A DNA stretch of 64,000 bases from a virus: positions 4,777 through 68,776 of the IMG/VR virus record IMGVR_UViG_3300027782_000079, one strand, 5' to 3'. The notes beneath the pieces are model-generated. The model was not told where the DNA came from. It saw only the letters and a list, made by a program, of their open reading frames with translations, and searched no databases. Position numbers and translations under genes: made by a program. Position 1 is the first letter of the stretch; every line of letters starts with the position of its first letter. Of this stretch, positions 57,466 to 64,000 are shown piece by piece.

Positions 57466-57891
57466 TCAGTGCGACGTTGGAGGGGCTCCACTGGTGCTGA
57501 CCCGCTTGTGGTCAAGCGCGGCAAAATCCTTGTGCTTGGTGCCTCCGTCATAGGCCCACGCATATCCTCCCTTGACCAATTGATCATTGATTGACTCTGT
57601 TTCTCCATTGATAAATAATGTTCCCAAAATTCTGCCGTATTTTTCGGATGAATCGGGTTTTTCGGTGCGAATAACAATGTTTTTCGCAGACTCAAGACGA
57701 TGCTTGAGCCATTCCTTGGATTCAAGTCCATACTTTTTCTCATGCAGATCCGTCGTGCGACTTTCCGGCGTGTCGATGCCCTTCAAGCGTACCCGACTGG
57801 TGAATGACACGTCAAATCCGAGATCGATCTGCACATCGATGGTGTCTCCATCAATAACATCGAGAAGCCTTGAAACACGATATTCGTACAT
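57466..57891 (-). CDS. thermonuclease (SNase-like)
   Basis: VIDGDTID, RVRLKGIDTPE, KYGRILG and LVKGGYA; AAAAGGA RBS. Confidence 0.92.
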   Translation of the reverse strand: MYEYRVSRLLDVIDGDTIDVQIDLGFDVSFTSRVRLKGIDTPESRTTDLHEKKYGLESKEWLKHRLESAKNIVIRTEKPDSSEKYGRILGTLFINGETESINDQLVKGGYAWAYDGGTKHKDFAALDHKRVSTSGAPPTSH

Positions 57892-57907
57892 GATCTATTC
57901 CTTTTTC

Positions 57908-58951
57908 TTACGAAGTTCTTCTTTTTGCTTGCGGCTCGCTTGATTCGTGCGCATCTTCCATCATTTGCGCCATCTCCGCGTCTGTAGGTTCCCCTTCGTC
58001 TGGTGATGAAGCAGGAGATTCCTTTTCCTTTTCTTGGAGTTCTGATGGCTTTTGCTTGCGTTGCTTGGGAATGGGCTTGCCTTCAACAACGGCGTTGCGG
58101 GTTGCCAAGACGTGATTGGATCCGGACGCCGGTGCCATCGAGGACGGCATCCATTCAACAACGGTATTGCGGGTTGCGAAGACGTGATTGGGGTTGAGCA
58201 AACGCTTGCTCAACGCGTTCATGATCTCAGAATCATTCTGAAAATTGTAAATCTCTACCAGAGACATTTCAGAAAGGGATTTTTTCGCACCATGATTGCG
58301 GGCTCGTGACGCAAGAATGGCATCAGCAGCTTTTTGGCTGACGCCTTCCTTGGCGGCTATGTTTCGTGATTGAACATCAAAGCTTGGGTATTCCTTCTTA
58401 CGATTTTTTTTTTCTGATTTGGAGAATTGCGATGCAACGTCTGCACGTTCCTGATTCTGCAATTTTCGGATCTTACTCTTCAATTCGCTGCTGTGCTGGT
58501 CATAGTCATGATCGCTGCGACGAACGCTCTTGGGAACACCGGGAGATTCATGATCGTCTTCGATGCGACGACGTTCCTTGCGCTCGTTTCGCTTGATGAT
58601 GTCCATTTCCTTCTTTGAATAACGGGCCATGCGATCAAGTGTTTCCTGCTTGCTTTCACTTCCGGCATTTCGGCGAGCTTCCTTCTTCTGCTTCTGCCGG
58701 ATTCTGCGGAATTCCCTTTCCGTCTCTTCTTCATGCTCATCAATGTCATGCTCGTATTCACCGACAAACGCTGGCACACCATCCTTGGTATGATCCTGAT
58801 GAATGCGTTTTTCCTCGTCGTTTTCCTCGTCTTCAATCGTATTCACCATCTTGTTGGTGTACTGATCCATGGTTTCCCATGGATCAGATTTTTGCAATCG
58901 GGAAAAAGGAAACGGAGAAGAAAAAGACTTGTGCATGTTGTCCCTGTTCAT
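57908..58951 (-). CDS. charged low-complexity protein; putative head-internal protein
   Basis: 347 aa, Glu/Lys/Arg-rich; N-terminal MHKSFSSPFPF; internal duplication NHVxATRNxVVE. Confidence 0.6.
   Translation of the reverse strand: MNRDNMHKSFSSPFPFSRLQKSDPWETMDQYTNKMVNTIEDEENDEEKRIHQDHTKDGVPAFVGEYEHDIDEHEEETEREFRRIRQKQKKEARRNAGSESKQETLDRMARYSKKEMDIIKRNERKERRRIEDDHESPGVPKSVRRSDHDYDQHSSELKSKIRKLQNQERADVASQFSKSEKKNRKKEYPSFDVQSRNIAAKEGVSQKAADAILASRARNHGAKKSLSEMSLVEIYNFQNDSEIMNALSKRLLNPNHVFATRNTVVEWMPSSMAPASGSNHVLATRNAVVEGKPIPKQRKQKPSELQEKEKESPASSPDEGEPTDAEMAQMMEDAHESSEPQAKRRTS
58082..58191 (-). repeat. 38-bp direct repeat (NHVxATRNxVVE), 72-bp period
   Basis: ttcaacaacgg..ttgcgggttgc.aagacgtgattgg at 58082 and 58154. 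Confidence 0.9.
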
Positions 58952-58990
58952 GAAAATGCCTTCCAGTCATGTGATGTTTTTTGTGAATGA

Positions 58991-59911
58991 TTAGCGAGGA
59001 TCATTATCCCGAAGCAACGCGTTCTTGATGGCTCGTGATTTCATCAGCTCATCACCGTTTCCTGCATCAGCGCGATAGGAACGAAACGGAAATGGTCCTG
59101 ACTTTTGCATGGAATTTTCTGGCATGCTGGCCGACAAGGCGTCTTTTCGTGCGCGTCGAATCGCCAACTGATCGGCAATGTCCTTCGCGCCCTCCTGTCT
59201 TTTTCCAGACCGCACGCGACGGTTTCTACTTGCGCGGTCATCACTTGCATCAGTGGTTGCGGCGCTTGGTGGTTGACGATGCATTGCTTCCTGACGCAAT
59301 TGCTGATCCGGATCTGTTTCAACTCTCGCTTTTGCAATCGTTCCCGCATCCGTACGATAGTCGCGATACGGAAATGGTCCTGACTTTTGCATCGGATTTT
59401 TCGGCATGCTGGCCGACAAGTCCTGTGACGGTGCAGGATTCTTTGCTTGAGGTTGCTTGTTCATTGCCTGCAGTACCTTCTGACGATCCGCATCGGACAA
59501 ATCGTCAATGTTGTTCCTGCCAAGCATCTGCCTGACTTGCTTGTTTGATACGCGAACATCACCACCATCAACGCCGAAAGTTGTTGAGTCGGGATCAGGT
59601 GCAGACAACGAACCAGCAGTAATTCCCTTGTCGGGATCAAAGCCTCTTTCCGCTTGACCTTGGCGCGATGAATACGGCGTCGATACCTCAGGAGGGGCTG
59701 CCGTTTCGCCGCTTGGTGCTGGCTGCATCAACTGGGCCTTGCGGATTTTTCGTGCCTTTCGCATTGACTTGAGCAGATCCTGTTCTGTCGCGCCATTGAG
59801 AATGGCTTTGCGCAAGTTTTCGACATGAACGACATTCTGGATATCATCCATGTACTGACGAAAAGGAAACGGACTGGATCGATCAAACGATTTGTGCAAT
59901 TCATTGTTCAT
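58991..59911 (-). CDS. low-complexity protein; putative head-internal protein
   Basis: N-terminal LHKSFDRSSPFPFR; two internal LSASMPxNxMQKSGPFPxRxYRxDAG repeats. Confidence 0.6.
   Translation of the reverse strand: MNNELHKSFDRSSPFPFRQYMDDIQNVVHVENLRKAILNGATEQDLLKSMRKARKIRKAQLMQPAPSGETAAPPEVSTPYSSRQGQAERGFDPDKGITAGSLSAPDPDSTTFGVDGGDVRVSNKQVRQMLGRNNIDDLSDADRQKVLQAMNKQPQAKNPAPSQDLSASMPKNPMQKSGPFPYRDYRTDAGTIAKARVETDPDQQLRQEAMHRQPPSAATTDASDDRASRNRRVRSGKRQEGAKDIADQLAIRRARKDALSASMPENSMQKSGPFPFRSYRADAGNGDELMKSRAIKNALLRDNDPR
59061..59420 (-). repeat. ~78-bp dispersed direct repeat (two copies)
   Basis: acggaaatggtcctgacttttgcat.gga.ttt..ggcatgctggccgacaag within copies at about 59061-59138 and 59343-59420. 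Confidence 0.9.
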
Positions 59912-60549
59912 TATTGTGCATCCTTCTTGCTCGGCTTCATGTCGCCAATGATATTATGGCCGGAAATGGGATCGAGAAGAAGGCTGTCCTCTTCCTCTTT
60001 CTTGAATGTTGCCTTGAAATCCTTGTCTCGTGCAAATTTGTCATTGTTTTTCTTACGAGCCTTTGCAAAAGCACGCGGATTGTATCCGAGCGCTTCGTCC
60101 AAACGATCCTGTGTCTGTTGCGATCCATAGCCGTAGGTGCGGCGCATGAAATCCGCAATCAAGTCACGATCAACAGGAGTTGAGACTGGCGCTCCCGCAT
60201 ACTGTCCTTCCATCGCCCGACGCTGATACGGATCAAGCGGCAGTTCCGTACTGAATACCGGCGAAGGATCAACAAACGGACGCGAAGGCGCGACCGGTTG
60301 CGGTGCGGATTGATCTACCTGATCGAGGGACTGTTGCGTAGTTTCAGGTGAATAGCCGAATTTCTCATACATGTATCGAGTAACCGCATCCGGAGTAACC
60401 GGATTGGATCGGTTTTGCGGATTGGTATTGACCGGCACGGAACTTTTCTGCAATGATGATCGTGATTTCTTGACAGAATCGCTTTTCGTCATTGGTGTTT
60501 CCGGGTCGTTCTTTCCCGATACATTCAAGTCAAACCATTTGTTGTTCAT
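59911..60549 (-). CDS. hypothetical protein; putative head-internal protein
   Basis: 212 aa; TAATG coupling to the next gene; several xxKS/KA motifs. Confidence 0.6.
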   Translation of the reverse strand: MNNKWFDLNVSGKNDPETPMTKSDSVKKSRSSLQKSSVPVNTNPQNRSNPVTPDAVTRYMYEKFGYSPETTQQSLDQVDQSAPQPVAPSRPFVDPSPVFSTELPLDPYQRRAMEGQYAGAPVSTPVDRDLIADFMRRTYGYGSQQTQDRLDEALGYNPRAFAKARKKNNDKFARDKDFKATFKKEEEDSLLLDPISGHNIIGDMKPSKKDAQ

Positions 60550-60573
60550 GATTGGTATCTTTCTTTACGGTGA

Positions 60574-63033
60574 CTATGGAGTGTTAATCGATTTTATTCC
60601 AAGCGTTCTATTGGCAAGCTCATGGTGAACCTTTTCGTCTGCTGGAATTGCAGGAGTAGTAACTCCAGTCGGGTTAGTAACTGCAGGAGTCTCCACATGC
60701 AGGTTTGATGACACATCTGTAGCATCGTTCACTGCCTTTGCCGTACTGGTTTTATCAAGGTCTGTCAAGCCATGATAGCCCTTGCCTTTAGTTGCTACAA
60801 TCGCCGCATCCAAAGCCTCATCGGTCATTCCTCCTGCTGCTTTGGCTTTAACATAGCCCAGACCTACTCCTTCTGGAATTCCATGCAAATGCACGTTTAC
60901 GGCATCGCTCACAAAGTTTCTTGCACCGGGCAAAACCTGTCCGGAAGACTGTCTTTGCCACGCATCATTGACATTCACTCCATACGGCCTGTATCCACTA
61001 GGGTGACTATCATCTGGCTGCACCAACGCAGAAGGAGGCATGATGCGAGACATTAATGCGAGATGATGCTGAAGACCCTCAATGCCCATTGAGGCTTCAG
61101 ATCCGTGAATCCCCACAGGATCTCCTGATGCTGGATCACGGGTCGTATCGAATTTCAGCAATCCGCCTTTACTTGCATCATGCCCCATTCCGGCAACGTA
61201 CTGGCCTGCGCCGTTATGTGCACTTGGATCCCACTCAACAGCGATGGGCGGTCCTTTTCCGTCAGGATTTCCCATCAAGAATCCCACACGATGTGCTGTT
61301 TTGGTTTGACGAAGAGAGTTCACGGTAAACGACGCGCCAGCAGGAATATGGCTTGTGCTACCAGTTTCTTTCACCTTCTGAATTGCAGCGGCTGCATCGG
61401 CGGGAGTATACTTTAGACCCGGAGTAGCCGGATTATCAAACATTTGAAGCTGAGCGAGGTTGCTGGCTTCTTCTCTTGGCGTCTTCCATCCCCACTCATC
61501 CTTGTCAACTCCGAACGTTCCGCTGTGCCACATGGGAGCTTCCATCGGACCTAGTGGCTTGGTTACTTGTGCTCCCGTCGCGTCCACAATAGGTTTTCCC
61601 GTAGCATCTCTTTGTGGAAGTGCCCAGCTCCGTCGATAGGCTTGTCCAATTGCGCCAACCGACCCTCCCGGACCACTGTGAAGATTTATCTCTGGAGTGT
61701 TTGATGTGGACAAATCAAGTGGTCGAATATGTCCTTGTGCCATGAAATTTTGAAAAGCGGCTGCTGCTTCCGTGTGATGAGGAGTTTCTGGTTCCGAAGA
61801 CGGAGCTACAACTCCATATGGAGTAGCGCCATGATAATCGTCTGGTTCGTGAATATCTCCAATCCCGGTTTCGTGATCGTGTGTGGTGGGTCTGGTATGA
61901 GCAACATACATGTCCGCCAAATTGCGAGGCGCACGCAGTTCTGTCAGATAAGGAGTAGTAGCTGAAGCAGTCTGCAACTCTGTTTTTAACGCGTCTTTTT
62001 CAGCAGCAGCTCCCGGTCCGCCACCAAATAGTGTGTCATCAATTTGATCAATAGAACCTTTTCCTGTACTAGTATGGCTGCCATTGGTTTGCAACGCTTT
62101 GAGAATTTTTTGAATTTCCTCTTCGCTATATTTGCGACCACCAACTTTTTTTGATCCTATACCTGATCCTCTACTCCGGAGCCATCTTGTCAGAGCGGTC
62201 TTTGCTTTAGTATCGACGAATTGATATACTCCCTGTGATTTCTCGCGCAGAAAGTCATGCACATCATCTGCAGAGATATCTTCGAGTCGCTGGTCTCCAA
62301 AACGGGTGGCAAAATTCTTATTGCCTCTTCCCGTGGGCAAGCTTGTAACTGGAGCCGGAGATGTGCCAGTGGTTGCTTTCCGCAAGAATTCAACGAACTC
62401 GAACGGATTGATTCCATAATTTTTCTTCAGATAAGGAAGAACAGCGAATGATTTGCCCAATTTTTCCGAGTTGAACATCCAGAAAAGATCGCTTGCATCC
62501 TTGATGTGCTGCACTCTTTCCTGCGCTTCACGAAAACGCAATGGTGTGTTGTCGACGCCGAATGCCTTGTAGACATGTTCGGAAAAAAGATCCTTTTCTT
62601 GAATGTCATTTAGAAACGCCTTGGCAACCGTGTTGATGAACCGTACATCTCCCTTGCTGAAGCCAGTGAATTTCGTGACATTGACCAATGAATTCTGCAA
62701 TGGCATGCCCAAACCTTCTGGTGCAGCAATTCCGGCCTGTTTCTTTGGTTTCCTGTTTGCTTGCTTGTTTGCTTGCTTGGCTTCCTTGTTTGCTTGCTTT
62801 GCCGCCGCATTGCTTTCAGAAGCAAATCGTTCGCCAATTGTCTGAGCGCCTGATTGCAGCAAATTCAATGCTCCCGCCGTGTTTCCTTGCAATTCCATGG
62901 TACTGGCTTTTGCTAAGCGACCACGAATCTCTTCTTCGCTATACCCAAGAGAATTGCGAAAGAAATCAATCATGATCTGATCTTTTTGCGATTCAATCTG
63001 CGACAAGCGATTTGTTTCTGAAACTTTCATCAT
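60574..63033 (-). CDS. large hypothetical protein; putative head-internal protein
   Basis: 819 aa; GAGG RBS; KQAN repeats; cluster of xxKA/KS motifs in the N-terminal 220 aa. Confidence 0.65.
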   Translation of the reverse strand: MMKVSETNRLSQIESQKDQIMIDFFRNSLGYSEEEIRGRLAKASTMELQGNTAGALNLLQSGAQTIGERFASESNAAAKQANKEAKQANKQANRKPKKQAGIAAPEGLGMPLQNSLVNVTKFTGFSKGDVRFINTVAKAFLNDIQEKDLFSEHVYKAFGVDNTPLRFREAQERVQHIKDASDLFWMFNSEKLGKSFAVLPYLKKNYGINPFEFVEFLRKATTGTSPAPVTSLPTGRGNKNFATRFGDQRLEDISADDVHDFLREKSQGVYQFVDTKAKTALTRWLRSRGSGIGSKKVGGRKYSEEEIQKILKALQTNGSHTSTGKGSIDQIDDTLFGGGPGAAAEKDALKTELQTASATTPYLTELRAPRNLADMYVAHTRPTTHDHETGIGDIHEPDDYHGATPYGVVAPSSEPETPHHTEAAAAFQNFMAQGHIRPLDLSTSNTPEINLHSGPGGSVGAIGQAYRRSWALPQRDATGKPIVDATGAQVTKPLGPMEAPMWHSGTFGVDKDEWGWKTPREEASNLAQLQMFDNPATPGLKYTPADAAAAIQKVKETGSTSHIPAGASFTVNSLRQTKTAHRVGFLMGNPDGKGPPIAVEWDPSAHNGAGQYVAGMGHDASKGGLLKFDTTRDPASGDPVGIHGSEASMGIEGLQHHLALMSRIMPPSALVQPDDSHPSGYRPYGVNVNDAWQRQSSGQVLPGARNFVSDAVNVHLHGIPEGVGLGYVKAKAAGGMTDEALDAAIVATKGKGYHGLTDLDKTSTAKAVNDATDVSSNLHVETPAVTNPTGVTTPAIPADEKVHHELANRTLGIKSINTP

Positions 63034-63040
63034 CTATTCC

Positions 63041-63865
63041 TCAGGTATTTCGAAAATTCTGCATTCTGGTCATGACATCAAAAGACAACTTGGGAACCAC
63101 GCATGATGATTCCGAACAATGTTCCTCAATCGCTTTCTGCAATTGTACATAGTTCCAGAAAGCGTCATTGGCATAACGAAGGGATTTTTTCATGCGAGGC
63201 ATGTCATTCTGGGGAACAAGGCTCTCGGCAACGTCAAGTCCCTTGCGCATTTTTCGTTCCATTCTGCGCATGCTACGATACAAGCTTTCAAGCAAACCTA
63301 TTTCTTCTTGAGAAAAATCTTCCTGACGCAATGAACGTGAAAATGAAGCCATCTTCACATCGGTCATGTCATCGTCATGGAATTTGATGCGTTTGCGTTG
63401 ACCCTTGTCCTCTTTGCCCAGTTTTTGGGCATTCTTGGATTGATTGCGAACATAGGAATCACGAACACGGGCACGATTCATGAAATGAGACGCTATTCCG
63501 GTTACAATCCTGTTCTGCGTTGGCGAAGGATAGGAATAGGAATCACCCTTGCTTCGGCCACCTTGCGCAGCAGCACGTGATTCACGTTCGATTCCCGAAG
63601 AAAGCCTGCCACCCGTGTCGCGATGCAATCCGGGCTCATGTTTCTTGCCGTAATGCGCATCCATGCCATAGTCTTTCTTGGCATAATGCGGATTGCTTTT
63701 TGGAGAGCGAATTGCGGCATCCGATTCACGTCGTTGCTTGTTGGCATGACCAGCAGCCTGATCTGCAGTCCTGTTCGCCGAGGAAACGTCGGAACGCGAC
63801 GGATTCGGGGCGCCCTTGACTTGCGTCCGTTGCATGCTATTCTGGGATGATTCTTCGTCAGGCAT
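63041..63865 (-). CDS. basic low-complexity hypothetical protein
   Basis: 274 aa; TATACT -10-like box and GGAG upstream; HRDTGGRL motif. Confidence 0.6.
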   Translation of the reverse strand: MPDEESSQNSMQRTQVKGAPNPSRSDVSSANRTADQAAGHANKQRRESDAAIRSPKSNPHYAKKDYGMDAHYGKKHEPGLHRDTGGRLSSGIERESRAAAQGGRSKGDSYSYPSPTQNRIVTGIASHFMNRARVRDSYVRNQSKNAQKLGKEDKGQRKRIKFHDDDMTDVKMASFSRSLRQEDFSQEEIGLLESLYRSMRRMERKMRKGLDVAESLVPQNDMPRMKKSLRYANDAFWNYVQLQKAIEEHCSESSCVVPKLSFDVMTRMQNFRNT

Positions 63866-64000
63866 TTCTTGTTCTTCTCCATACAGTATACATCACGATG
63901 ATTACCAAGGACGCTTTCTCTTTCTTGTAGAAGAAAGAGACCTTTGCACTTGTTCTGGCGGAGTATTTATCGGTCCTCGCTTGTCCGATTGATAACCGGG

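Noticed and set aside
59061-59420. Diversity-generating retroelement TR/VR pair (also considered for the tail module copies)
   Set aside because: No reverse transcriptase in the window; mismatches are not confined to adenines and both copies are coding.
1-64000. Stop-codon reassignment, tRNA genes, integrase or transposase
   Set aside because: Genes are full length in the standard code and TAA, TAG and TGA all act as stops; no cloverleaf or recombinase motif was recognised by eye (tRNAscan not run).

Overview
A 64 kb segment of a large, virulent-looking contractile-tailed (myovirus-type) phage; no host chromosomal genes are evident. On the + strand, 1-28.7 kb is the tail module: tape measure protein with a lysozyme-like domain, hub, spike, chaperoned fibre, LysM/gp25 wedge, giant baseplate J- and I-like proteins, tail fibre and a Gly-rich/beta-propeller adhesin. 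From 28.7-34.6 kb lie a stand-alone gene, a metallophosphoesterase, two LL-H-like holins, an M23 endolysin, an HNH nuclease and a transglycosylase. From 34.6-44.4 kb is a putative early operon: Ycf35-like, Ycf46-like AAA ATPase, DUF3150-like, PrimPol-helicase and RuvC. Then come a 959-aa modular protein, the terminase subunits and the portal. A perfect 19-bp hairpin separates these from a convergent - strand block: DnaE, a PD-(D/E)XK protein, DHFR, a thermonuclease and five low-complexity proteins. Three observations stand out. (1) Small beta-rich domains are inserted in-frame many times into different baseplate/fibre genes, and into each other (Russian-doll nesting). (2) A set of putative capsid-internal polyproteins is punctuated by hydrophobic-x-K|S/A/G motifs, two of them sharing a KS..PFPF leader. 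(3) An uncharacterised Ycf35/Ycf46/DUF3150-like module has its own promoter. The host is probably a monoderm bacterium, possibly Chloroflexota (inference). All family calls are by-eye motif recognition; no database searches were run.
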